From positions 248,001 through 312,000 of the forward strand of contig JBHGNT010000007.1 in the NCBI GenBank assembly GCA_043228905.1: a stretch of 64,000 nucleotides of DNA. The letters are read 5' to 3'. This document shows positions 13,210 through 25,942 of the stretch, in pieces (within the stretch, counting starts at the first letter, position 1; each line of letters begins with the position of its first letter). The position numbers were made by a program, and so were the translations under genes. The notes under the pieces were generated by a model. It did not search any database and was not told where the DNA came from. It saw only the letters and a program-made list of their open reading frames with translations. Source of the stretch: Azolla caroliniana. Lineage: Eukaryota > Plantae > Polypodiophyta.

Positions 13210-13703
13210 TAGCAATGGGCACGGTTTCAGCTCAAACCGAACCGAACCGTTAAGCCATGGTTTAACGGTTTATTGCTTCCAAAAAATTTTAATGGTTTGG
13301 ATTTTCGATAAACGGTTTGGTTTGGTTCTAAAACTCGGGTTTATAGGTTTGGTTTAAAGGTTTATAGGTTAACTTTTGTTTTACCTTAATAGTTTATTGA
13401 TTTAATGGTTTAATTAATAGTTTTTTATTGATTTAATAAATTTATCTTAAATGCTTATTTAATTTAATATATTTTTGTTTATTTAGATGTTTAATTAGTT
13501 TAATTTAAGTGGTTAGGTTTAATTTTTTTATTAAATGGTTCGGTTTGGTTTCAACTATTTCTTAATTGGTTTGGTTTCAATACTAAGAGTTCATAAACGG
13601 TTTGGTTTGGTTTTTGTTTTAAATAAACTGTTCGGTTTCGGTTCAATTCGGTTTCTTTGCCTTGAAACTGAACTGAACCGAAACCGAACTACACCCATTG
13701 CTA
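13210..13703. mobile_element. Non-autonomous hAT-type MITE (494 bp)
   Basis: Perfect 10-bp TIR TAGCAATGGG/CCCATTGCTA, perfect 8-bp TSD CTTTTATC (13202-13209 and 13704-13711), subterminal aaccg/cggtt motifs and an AT-rich core. Confidence 0.9.
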
Positions 13704-15432
13704 CTTTTATCCAACAACTCCGAAAACCAACAACAAAAAAGCAAAACTCACACTGGCCTTCCCCTCACAAATTTGATCATAATCCCCACCCCCTCATTTA
13801 CAACAAAATCATCCCACCTAATCTTTTACAACAAAGTTATCCGAGTACCACAATTATGGTAACTTACGTGTACCACAACTATACATATTTACATCTCCTG
13901 TTCACTAATGGGAGCCATTGGTGGAAACAACCACTTGGGTGCTTGGTAGTTCCATTTAGGCCCTATCGAAGATTTGAACATCATAGGAAAACCACCCCAT
14001 TTCAACAAAAACTTTGATCGTGCCCTTTCGGCTTTGTCCAATTCCCCCTGAATCGAGACATATTTTAGTTAAATTAATTAAGTTATTAAACAAACAATTT
14101 TTTTAATGAAGCCATCCAATTAATTAAACTATTAAATCATAAGGCGGGAAAAAGTAGTTAAGCAAGAAACCTATAAATTGTAATATGCTAAAGCGGAGTT
14201 TCGAAGCCAAACCAAACTAAACCAACATGTTTAATGATATTTAAAAACCAAACAAAGCCAATTAACTATATATCATACCAACTTGAGGTGATATCAAGCG
14301 TAGACAATGACAACAAGAAGAGCATGTTTCTCTCCACCCTTCAAGAGCCATTATGAACTATCCCTCGGTGTCGTCAACATCATTCATACTTGCATATTTG
14401 TCATGGATCATATTTAGACAAGCCACAAATCCCATATAAATGGTCTATGGTAGGTCCTTCCAACAATTAATGAATCATCACCTTCAATTATGCTCTCCAA
14501 TTCATAGAGAGTAGCAGACAAAACAACCTTTTTTTTGGACTTGCCACTATGTTGTTGTCCTATGAGCACGCCACAATGTTGGCCATTCATGGACTTATAA
14601 CCATATAATTAATGTATAAGTATGCACATGTAATACTAAAGGGGCCAAGGATAGAATGCCACATAATTGATTTGTTGTGAAGGAATATAACAACAATCGA
14701 AGTCAAGCACTTGATGATGTAAGCAAGCATGATAAAGTTGTAGAAAAGACTTAACTATTGTACAGACGAATAACATAGAACAATACATTCATTTTTTTAT
14801 ATTTTTTAGTGTGTTAATTACAATGTTGTTGATGTGTGTAGTTGTTGTTTGCTAGTGTAATCGCCTTGCGAAGTTCAAACATTAAACATGTTCATGCCAT
14901 CTACTGCCAATTATATGTTATTGACATTAACAACGATTTCCCTTTATACGAATTGGCCCGTTGTGACCACTTGTACATGCACTATGCGATGACCCCTCTA
15001 ACAAACAACGCATGGGTTGCCAGTGGCCACCAAGGTTTTGTAAAAGTTCAGAACATACAGACGCTTGAGTAAAATGCAACTAAGTGCACATACAATCGAC
15101 GATTAATCGACCACCACGGTACAAACATAATAAGCATTGTTAGTGGATCCATGTTCACTCCACTAAGAGAAGAAGGCTCCATTTTTATGGTTCTCTCGGA
15201 TTTGTGTGATGCCGTTTGTCTCGGTTTTACAAATTACATACCTACAAAGCACAACAATACATATGTATGTACACTAAAAATGAGGGCCATGTACATATGT
15301 TGTACGTTCATGCCATTGCCTCTCTCTGTCTGTCTCTCAAGTAAAAGACAGACAGACAGAGCCCTCTGCATCAGCATCGTCACCATCACCATCACCATCA
15401 CCATTAGAATCTGAAGACTAGATCTTTCTTTA

Positions 15433-18400
15433 ATGTTTCCCAATAGCGTCTTTGCCCTTAAAGGATGTGGCGATACACGCATGTTAGAGATGTATTCAGA
15501 ATATGCAGGTTGTTAATGCCGATTCTTCTTCTTCTCTGAAACCTACCTTTATTTCGCACGCTCTTTTTATTTATCTAGTTTACATTACTGACAAGATTTT
15601 GAGATAGATATTGCATCGAGTGAGGACGCATCTGGTAGAATCAAAGCTCGGTTATCTGCACTCTCTGCATTTGCAGAATCTCAAGGCCTCACTGGGTGGG
15701 TATATCTTATTGTTATGTTGTTTTATGTAACTCGTTGTTTTGAACATTTAGTTTATTTGTTTATTTTTGTTCAAGTTTTGTTGTCCACGTTTGGTGATTT
15801 ATTTGTTTTTGAAAAGAGTTGTGTTATTTATTGATTTGTTATCAACATTTTGTGGTCTATATGTTCGGGGAATTTAGCTGTTTTATGTGTTTGCAATATG
15901 TTTTATCATTTAGTCGTTTGATGTACTTTAACCATTTAGGTTACTGATGTATGCTGAATATTTAGTGGTTTGATGTGCTTCAAATGTTCAGTATTTTAGA
16001 TGCAATTTCAAAATTTAGTCTCTTGATGTAATATTTTTAAAATAAGTGCAAAAATTAGTTTTTCGATGTATTTTCCAAATTTAGCCATTTCAGGAATAGG
16101 ATTGATCTATGTGTCTTTTGTTGCTCCAGGAGTGCCGCACTTGAAGGACTGAGGAGGATCAAGAGTGATCTCAGTTGGGAGGTAAAATTCCTTGTAATAG
16201 AAGCTAGGCCACATTTCTGTACATCATGAGCATGTCTCTTATGTATGCCATGTAGGAATAAATCGAATGACCTCTTTCATGAATAATGTGATATCAACTT
16301 CTAGTTACATTTATAGACTTTCCATATGATGCATATGTGTAGTGCTTGCACTCACAGAGGTGTTGATGAATTAGGACGAGAGATGAGAGAGTTCTGCAAA
16401 AACACAAAATTGAGTTAAGGTTTACACAGTTTTCCTTAACACTGAATTGGTTATAGGTTTTAGCCATGCCACATGAATTCAAAACTTTCTATTCATATTC
16501 TGGTTATATGGACCTTACCCATAAGAAGAAATAAGAAATAAAACAGGTTTTATAATTTAGCCTTAAGGCAGAGCTCTACACCCGCATGCCATCTTGTAAT
16601 TGGTAGTGTAAAGCTAATAATGCTAAGGAAGTTTTAGGGAATGAGCCAAATGATCTGCCATAGTTGTCATATGGAAATTACTCGGTACTTGCTAAGTGAA
16701 GGGTTGATGCCCTCATATCCATTTGAATGGTACGTGTCTTAAATGAATTTCAATCATAACATTTTTTATGTGCCTGGGTGAGGGTTTGTTCCAAGTTTCC
16801 ATGCTAGCTAAATGCTGAATACTCCAGGAAAGAATGAACTGCTTATATTAATGTGAATGATTTGCTGACTATGTCAATAGTCATGGGGCATTAAATGGTA
16901 ATATCATGTTGTATGGCAGCTAACAAACTCAGCTCGATTTGCATTGTTCTATGGATTTGTCTTCTTCATTTGCCGGGAAAGAGGACAAAAAAGTCTCGGT
17001 AAGAATATTTTTGCCATTATCCACTGATGCTTTGTCTTTTACCTTTGGTAGTACATGGACTTCGATTTTAGTGTTATCTGTGATAACACATGGATCTACA
17101 AAAATTTCTAGCTGTCAGCACTTCTGTTGAGGCCTGGCACCTATCTATGTCAGGACGCTTTCGACTTCTTGATCAATGGTGTTCTTTTGTTCAGGTAATC
17201 CTCTCAACAGCTGTAAATTGTAATAGTGTTTCATGCTACAAAAGTTTATATTTTGGCACGAATCAGATGTGCCATTCAAGGTTTGAGCATTTAATAACAT
17301 TGATACTATAACCGAGATTGTTGTATTCCATTATCTGTTTCATTTTTATTTTATCTTTTCTGTCGGGTAATGATAGTTCTTAGTGATCAGGTCTCTGCAC
17401 ACACTTATACAAAAATGTATGGTTGTCTTTAAGGCTACTAGAATTTCTATCATCTATTCATGTTTTCTTCTTCTGTCATTGCAGTGTGGTTTCCATTTTC
17501 TGTTTCATTGTTGTGCTAAAAAATTGCTAGATGTTTTTCTCTTTGCTGGGTTGTCCATCGATTACATATGGAACAAATGATATGCTGATACATTTGCTCA
17601 CATGACCCATGAACAAATATATCCCACCCAACTACCTTGGTACTAAATGTATCCCTCCAACCAACGCCATTTTTACACTCATTTTCTTTAAACTTTAACC
17701 GATATTGCCAATATGGCATTATCATTGTATAAATGCATATTTACACATCATGTCTTTATCGAGATTGGCTAGAATCAACCTCCCATAAAAATGTCACCAA
17801 GGTTGTCTTAACAATGTGCCTGTGGATATCCACACATTTCGTCTACTATGAGATTGTCAAGAATCGACCTCCTCGACAAGGTGGCATATTATATCAAGGA
17901 TTCATTGTCATTTCAGAGCTTACAATGATGTTGTCAATGTGGTCTATCATTGTACATCACCCTCAAATGAAGCTTTATGGATGCCTAATTCGAGTTGGGA
18001 ATTAAGGTTGTGTTGTAGTAGTGTTGAATGGGTTTTCTCCATTGAAAATTGCTGAATCCATTAGGGACCAGGAATGCATGTAAAAGCCCTTCAACCTATG
18101 ACTCATTCAGTATCCTTCTGGATAATTATGAGAAAAACTGTTAATTGCAGCGGAACAGTTGTTAAAAAAAGAAGTCACAGCCAAGCTTTGAGAAGGCTGT
18201 TAGACAGCAGTAGAAAAATAGTTGCAAAAAGTAGAGACATCCAAAGAGCAGAGCCTGTTTGCAAGTAGCAACAAAAATAAAGCTCTTACAAAAGAGGATG
18301 GTATAACCTATTTATACAAAATTGGGGAACGTGGGTGAAATGGCTATTTTGGTAGTTAAGTGCCTGTTGTACTACCGAACAGGTACAATAAATGAGGAAT

Positions 18401-21400
18401 AAGAGGGAATAATCTTGGAAAAGTGGAAGAGAGAAGGCATTTAAAGATTTGCAGATTCTAGAGAGAGAAGAATCTAAGAAGTGAAAGAAGAAAGAAACAT
18501 ATATTCTAGAGAGAATGTAGAGGAGAGATAGTAAAGATGAAAGAGAGTGCAGGTCTGGAGCTTCCACCCTCCAATACATCCTCAGAGCTCCAGAATGGCG
18601 GTCCAACATTGGATCAACTGAGGAGCTGATCAATGGCTTGCCTTGGAAGCGGCTTAATAAACAAATCAGCCACATTTTCTTGAGTAGGACAATAGTTCAA
18701 GTTGATGATTTGTGATTTCACTAATGGTAGTGCACTTCAATATGTTTTGTTCTACCATCAAATGCTGAGCTATGTGCCAATGCACAAGCGCTTTGGCTGT
18801 CAGTAAAAACTTGATACAAAACACCAATGTGGCAAAGTAGTTGCATTAACCAAAGCAACTGACAAGAAGTATCCATACAGGCGCGATATCCAACTTTTGT
18901 CGATGAAGTAGAAACTGAATTTTGCTTCTTTGATTTCCAAGAAATTAAGCCGTAGCCTTACACAAAATATTAACCAGATGTGGACCGTCTAGAATAAATA
19001 TCACCTGCCCAATCAGCGTTTGAGTAACCAACAAGCTCAATGCCGCCTCTAAAAGAGAGACTATATTCGATTGTGTTGGCTAGATACTTAAGAACTCAAA
19101 TAGTTGCATGCCAATGACTTTGTCTTGGAGCAATTAAGAATTGGCTGAGATTACTCATACTATAAGGCAAATCAAGCCTAGTGTAAGTTAAATGAGGAAG
19201 AGACCCAATTAACCATCTATATTTTGTGATATCTTCAAATATGGGTGAATCATCCTCACCAAATAGCTTTGAGTTTGGATGCATGGGACATGAGAGTGGC
19301 CTGCAATTTGATAGGTCACCGGTCTCTTTCAAGGAGCTGGTTTAGTGTAAGTTAAGTGAAGAAGAGACCCAATTAACCATCTATATTTTTTGATATTTTC
19401 AAATATGGGCGAATCATTCTCACCAGATAGCTTTGAGTTTGGATGCATGGGACATGAGAGTGCCCTGCAATTTGACAAGTCATCGGTCTCTTTCAAGTAG
19501 CTACCTGAGATACCTATATTGGTTGAGGAAGATACCACCATGTGATTGGTAGACCTCCATGCTTAAGAAGTAATGAAGAAGTCCTAAGTCAGTCATTTCA
19601 AGTGTGGTTTTGAGGTCAACACGGAGCTGCTGGATTTTAGAAGCAAGGGTCCCGGTGCTTAGAAGGTCATCAATATATAATATGATCAAGCAAAACAAAT
19701 CAGCTTGGGAAAAGACATAGATATTGCTGTTAGCATAACTGTGCTGAAACCCAAGAGAGAGAAAGAATGCATCAATTTTGTCATGCCAAGCTTTGAGAGC
19801 TTTCTTTAAGCCATGCAAGGCTTTGTGTAATATGTAGACCATGTTTTTCCACTCTGAAGGTTGTTCTCGATAAACATCCTCTTTCAAGTCACCATTAAGG
19901 AAGGCTGACTTGACATCCATTTGAAAGATATGCCATTTGTTGTGAGTAGCAAGTTCAAGTGCACATTGAATAGAGGCACCTTTGGAGCAAAGGTTTCCTC
20001 ATAGTCCACTCCTTCCACTTGTGAGTAGCCCTTTGCAACTAAGTGTGCCTTGTGCTTATTCAAAGTACCATCAACATGGTACTTGGTCTTGAAAATCCAT
20101 TTCAGTCTAATGACTTGCCTATATTGAGGCCGAGGAACCAGCTCCCATGTGTGATTCTGCTCAATGGAATTAAGTTCAACTTCCATTGCCGCTTTCCACT
20201 TCGGAAGAACAAGATCTTCTTTAGCTATAATGGGTTCTTGTGATTGTACAATTGTGCACAATAAGGCAAAATTGCATGAGTGAAGAGGTTGTTCTGACTT
20301 GCGTGTTCTTCTGATGTTGGTAGGAGAATCAATTGTATACTCATGAAGTTCAACATTGGAGAGATGGGAATAACTAATGGTGGCTTGAAGCCACTTTGGA
20401 AGTGGTGGAAACTGGTGTGTACAGGGAGACGAAACAATTGGAGTTGAGGGATAGGTTTGAGTTGGTAGCAGAGTTAGAGTAGGAGTGGGAGGAGATGGGG
20501 GCTTGAAGGCGAGGCATTTCCGTATGGAATAGGAGATTTTGGAGCAGCTGGGATTCCAACGGTGAACTCAAGTAGAATCCTAGAGTCATCCAGCTTAGAC
20601 TCCGCAAAAGGAAAATCCCTTGAGATGACTAGGGACTTTGATTCTAGATCCTAGAATAGGAGATTCCGGAGTAGCTAGGATTTCAACTGTGAACTCAGGT
20701 AGAATCCTAGAGTCATCCGGCTTAGACTCCACGAAAGGAACACCCCTAGAGATGACTAGGGACTTTGATTCTAGATCCCACACCCTGTAAGCTTTAGATT
20801 GCATGCTATAACCAAGGAACTTGCACTTCTTGGTTCTGGACTCAAATTTAGTCCTTTTATCATTATTTGAAATGCGAACATAAGTATCACAACCAAAAAC
20901 TTTTAAGTGAGTAACTGAGGGTTTTACATGTGTAAATTGCTGTGTTGACAGCTTCACCCCAAAACGAGAGAGGAAGATCAGATTGAGAGAGCATTGTATG
21001 AGCCATCTCTAGATCTAGTAGGTTCTTCCTCTCTACCACACCATTTTGTTGAGGAGCATTGGGTGTAGAAAATAGGTGACAAATGCCTCTTGAGAGCAAA
21101 AACGGTTGAAAGCTTGTAAGATAAACTCTCCACCATTGTTGGACCTGATCTTTCGAACTTTCTTTGATGTCTCATTCTCAACAAGAGCCACCCATTCTTG
21201 AAATTTGGTGAAGGTGTTACATTTTTCTGCAAGCAAATAAATCCAAACTTTACATGATAAATCATCAATGATAAGCATGAAGTAGCATGCACCACCAAGA
21301 GTAGTGGTTCTCATTGGATCACAAAGATCTAAGTGCTCTAACTCCAAAATAGATGTTGCACTGTGAGTGGCTTGATGAGGGAAAGGCTCTTGATGTTGCT

Positions 21401-24400
21401 TGCCATGAAGACAAGCAACACATGGGTTACTTATAGTTTTGAAAGGAGGAAGACCCTCGACTAGCTGTGAAGAGGATAGCTTTTGAAGAGTGTCATAGTT
21501 GAGACCAAACCTAGCATGCCACGACATGGGATCTTCGTGTGTCACAAAGGCATGACAGCCCTGAAGTATATGAAGAAGATGAGATTTGGATTTTTCCAAG
21601 GGACCGTGGGAACTTTTCAGGCGGTATAAACCCCTTTCTTGTGTGCCACTAGCTACAATCTGTGGGCTGTTGGTGGTAATGGCTTCCAAAGCTGAGCTAT
21701 CAAAGTAGATACCATAACCTTGCTTATTGTTTTGGCAGATATGCAAGGCACATGTAGCACATCTTGAAGAACGACAGGTTCGTCATTTGGAGAAGTGTTA
21801 AGAAACACATTACCCACACATGAAGCCTCAATGTTTGAGGCATCTCCTATGGAGATTTGGTAGGAGCTGGGCTCGACATCATGCAAAATAGATTTGTCAT
21901 AAGTCGTGTGTGCAGTAGTAGTACCTTTGTCTACTAGCCACTCATCAATGGTTGAGGTAGTTGGTCTAACCAAAGCTGAAGAATGTTCTTCAATGCCAAG
22001 GAAAACCATTTCTTTGGTTGAGTGGGCTGAGTTTGATTTCCGTGTAGGTTGACTTTCGATAGAAGAAGTCTTCGTGGAATTGTCCCTTTTCTTTTGCCGA
22101 CAGTTGGGCGGAATGTGACCTTTGTAGCCACAATAATGACAAATGAGCTCCTTGTAGATTGGGTTTTTTGTAGGAGTTGCCATTGTGCTTCCACTTTCCT
22201 TTACTTTTGGCATGGAGAAGGGTTTCATTAGAGCATACATAGTAATGCTATACCTAGTAATAGGTGTGGGTGATTGCTATACCTAGTAATAGGCCCCACT
22301 ATGCTTAGTTGGTTGATAAATATTGGCTTAGATTATTAAAATTTTTAGTTTCTTTTGCATTAGTTTTTTGTGCTTTTGTTTTCGTTCTCTCTTGCTCTAT
22401 GGCTTCATGAGCACATTGCCTACACCTGCAAGACATAGACATAGAGATCTAGCTTTATACACAAGTGTAGACAGACGAGAGGTGGGCCTGAAAGAGATGG
22501 CAATGGATTAGTCTTTAGTCACACAAGACATAGGGATGCAGGAAGAGGAAGTACCAGATAATGATAATGAGTATATAAGTATATAATGGGTAGCAAGCAT
22601 CCTTGCAAAATACATTGGTGATATCCCACATGGCAAGGAGTAAATCCTCAACCCCACATGTCAAGTATGTAAGTTGAACTAGGAGCATCATTGACACACC
22701 ATGAGATACATACAGTAAACTTGTCTTTGATTCCTCATGGTCTGTGGCTGCAAGGACTTTGGTACTACCTGGTGACTTGTGAGCGTATGGGCTTGATATT
22801 CGAGCAGTACCACCCACCCAGTGTTGTATGGATGCACCCCCTTACTCACTTGCCATTAGTGGAACAAGGTGATCAGTTAGGGCATCCACAGAACTTGGGA
22901 GCGACTGTCACATCCTCTAGGGTTGAAAGATTTCTGAAGAGACCATCTTCTCACATTGACAGGACTTGCAAATCGAGGCTTGATGCATGAACAAACATCT
23001 GTCTTATGGTGTAATGTCCAATTGGGCAGCTCTGAACACCATTCCAACAAATTATTTTGTCTGTTAGGCTTTGAGGTGGCAAAGATGAAAGAATGTTACG
23101 TATATAGGTTGTCTAACCTTCCAGGACATCAGAATAACACTGGTAGGCAAGCGTTATAGAGCTTATGAGGGTCAAAACCCAAAACCTTGTGGACTCTTTC
23201 TATTACTGTACATCAACGACAGGATGTTATGACAACCAGAGTAGATGCCTGGACATGGAGGCTTGAAACACACTGGTTCCACCATCTGAGTACAACATCT
23301 TCTCTACAACATTAGATAGTAGAGTATGCCTTCACATATCGAGACTTTGTGCTTCAAAATATGAATAGCCCTTCTTAGGAAGGAGACACACATCAAGGAA
23401 ACTTGTGTACTTAGGTCCCATGGGTCAATATTGGCCTCTCTATGAACTCTAAAAATATATCTAATCTAATCTTGATCCTACTACAGGAAATCCTTCCTTT
23501 TATAGGCTTTTGGAAGTATTGATGAGATGAAAATGACTAATAGAGGTGCATTCATTACAGAGTCCTCATGTTAAGGAGTGGAACATCCAGAGCCTTACCA
23601 TTCTGAAGCTATGCGTCATAGTTTCCCAAGTAACTAGATTATGAAGGATCTCCTATTTATGCAATGCCAAGTTGTCAATGTAAATTGTGAACTTGTGGCC
23701 CAATAGATAGTGATGGAATTGATTATTTCTATAAATCATCCTATGCTTCTCGCTTCACTGTAGAATACTCTCTCTCCACCTTGGATAGGCAGCAGCTGAC
23801 GTTGAACACCAATATTTACCATTTCGGATTGTCCAACTGCATGAGGACATGATTGATGGCTATGTTCAAGGCATTGACAAAGATGTGGAACCCGATTCCA
23901 ATCTGGAGGTTGTATGGCTATTGCCTGTGTTAGGAGTATTTTGAGGGTTTGGAACACTCACTCCTCTGTGTCAGTCCATGAGAACCTCATGTTGTGTTTT
24001 AAGAGAGAAACACTAAGATACAGATTAAAATACCCATGCCCTAAGAGGAGGTTGAGAAGCAAATGTTATTGAATCCAGACCACATAATCCATTGTCAGGA
24101 TTTCTCGCCGCAATCTATTTATGAGGAGATATTCACCAAGCTACAGAGGAGTACATGAGATATTTTGAGGTGACACATGAGCGGTTTGAGACGCTTCAGG
24201 ATCATGTTGTTTCTTCTAGGCTAGATCATAGAGATATTTGATAGACTTGGTCAACACTCCAAGGGTCTTGTGAGTACTAGATTAGTTCTTTCATTTACAC
24301 CGTAGATTGCATTTTATTTTTACTTTTAAATAAGTTCAACACTCTTTTCTTTTTGTATGGATGAGATATCACATAACAATATGATTGCTATATTTTTGGG

Positions 24401-25942
24401 GTCTCATAGGCCTCATTGTCCTCTGTAGAGATGTTAATGCAGTTTTTCTTCTGTTCTTTCATTTGTACTTTTTCTGGTGTTATTGTTTCATGCATGCACG
24501 TCATTTCAAATTTTGGCTTGTGCTCTTTATGATCTGACTTTCTCTCTTTCTCATGCATTCACTTGCTCTTATGCATACTCTAAATTGCTGAACTCAGGGT
24601 GTTACATATTTAAGTTTTATATTCTTTGTGGATTTATTCAAAGCGTCGTACTTACTAATCTCCACATATGTATAATATCTAATACGTGCGTCATAATTCA
24701 TGGCGTTTCTCGTGGTACTCTTCTGGTATATGGTCACGATTTTTACTACTTTTTGGATAAAATGTTTCTGAAAACCTAACATGATTTGTTCGGTTATCAG
24801 AAACACCAACGCTATGCTATATCTGAAGATACATGGAGACAGTTTCTGGAGTTCAGCCAAACTATCAATGATGACTTCAGTAATTATGATCCTGAAGGCA
24901 AGTATTCATTATGGAATTCTCATTCTAGTATCAGGGATCTCTCATGAGATACGATAAATCATGTTGATTTGAAAAATCCAAGCTTTTATGGCTCAGCCAT
25001 CTAGAAATTTAATACTTGGTCTGGTGTATGTATAGAATATAACTTTTTTCTGTCTCGATTCATTTCTCACATACACAACCTAGAGATCCATTTATGTAAA
25101 TGAAAAGCTATGACCAAGAATCGGAAATAGGATTTAAATTGTTGAAGGACGATGTGTATTGTCTTATTATATATAAAACATTTGTTTCAGGTGCGTGGCC
25201 TGTTCTTGTGGATGATTTTGTTGACAGCTTGTTCAGGTGGAGTTTTGGAAATAAGCATCTACATAAATATATATTTTGCTATATTGTATCTCAATTTGTA
25301 TAGAAATCTGTATTTCAGGACACCAAGTAGCGCTGTATGTAATATAGATCCTGGGTTCTGCTATGAAACAAACTATGGTGGAAATCTAAGTAGAGAGGGT
25401 CCTGGCAGTGTTCAAACCCAAGGAAACCATGGTTCACCACTGATGGGAGGTTTGACATAACCCTCAATTTTTTTTTTGCAACCTCATACACATACTTTTT
25501 GCTTTATTTAGACCATACAAGCCAACCATTTCATCTATTTTTATTTATTGCAGCTGCCAATCCTAGTAAGAAACGTCGTTCGGAGCAAACATCAGATATA
25601 GAATCAGTAAATAGTATTGCACAAAGGCTCTCTGAGATGTCAAGTCCTTTATCTTTCAAACGTCTACGCCCATCGTGTAGTGATATGGGAGACAGTATTT
25701 CTGCCCAAGATATGAACTTGGATGTTGTAGCAGTGCCCGAAGAGAACACACCTTGTAAGCTTCTTGGAGATCATGTACTACAAACTTCTTCCCAGCGATG
25801 GCTAATAAATGTGGACAACAAACAAGAAATGATGCAACAAATACAAGCATGGCCCAATGTGGCTTGTGGTAATAACTTTCAAGCTACTCATCCTTTCCTG
25901 GCTTCATCATATGGTGGTCAAGTTTTTGGACCTGGTTTCTAA
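15433..25942 (+). CDS. AAR3: Defective-in-cullin-neddylation (DCN1-like) protein, AAR3 type, ~350 aa
   Basis: Nine exons with consistent phases: 15433-15508, 15596-15695, 16130-16181, 16920-16998, 17112-17194, 24801-24897 (GC donor), 25191-25236, 25319-25449, 25554-25942. Spliced protein FYGFVFFICRERGQKSLAVSTSVEAWHLSMSGRFRLLDQWCSFVQKHQRYAISEDTWRQFLEFS...YDPEGAWPVLVDDFV matches the plant AAR3 cullin-binding (PONY) domain as I recall it. C-terminal KKRR is NLS-like. The start codon (15433 vs 15481) is less certain. Confidence 0.9.
18198..18608. mobile_element. LTR-like segment (411 bp) in AAR3 intron 5
   Basis: Begins TGTTAGAC and ends GTCCAACA (7/8 inverted match); internal ctatttata and aataaa; abuts the end of the Copia RNase H. 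No matching TSD (aaggc vs ttgga), so orientation and parent element are unclear. Confidence 0.5.
18620..22250 (-). mobile_element. Degenerate Ty1/Copia LTR-retrotransposon internal region (gag-PR-INT-RT-RH)
   Basis: Zn knuckle CHYCGYKGHIPPNC, protease-like WLVDKG..AHTT, GAG-pre-integrase WHARFG...CVACLHGKQH, integrase PQQNGVVERKN, RT MDVKSAFLNGDLKEDVY and LYIDDLL, RNase H RTKHIEVHYH/NVADLFIKPL, in Copia domain order with many frameshifts. Confidence 0.93.
22500..24050 (-). mobile_element. Highly degenerate Ty3/Gypsy pol remnant (RT linker, RNase H, integrase)
   Basis: FQTLKILLTQAIAIQPPDWNRVPH (RT-RH linker), FHHYLLGHKFTI (RNase H, ~23685-23720) and integrase-like ...KVLAATD (~22745-22800), in Gypsy order RT-RH-INT. 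Confidence 0.7.

Noticed and set aside
13535-14017. 160-aa ORF
   Set aside because: Starts inside the MITE and crosses its TIR; low-complexity translation of ggttt/aaccg motifs.
18198-18608. Calling this block a solo LTR or the Copia element's own 3' LTR
   Set aside because: No TSD, no polypurine tract on the Copia side and no matching 5' LTR near 22250; kept only as LTR-like.
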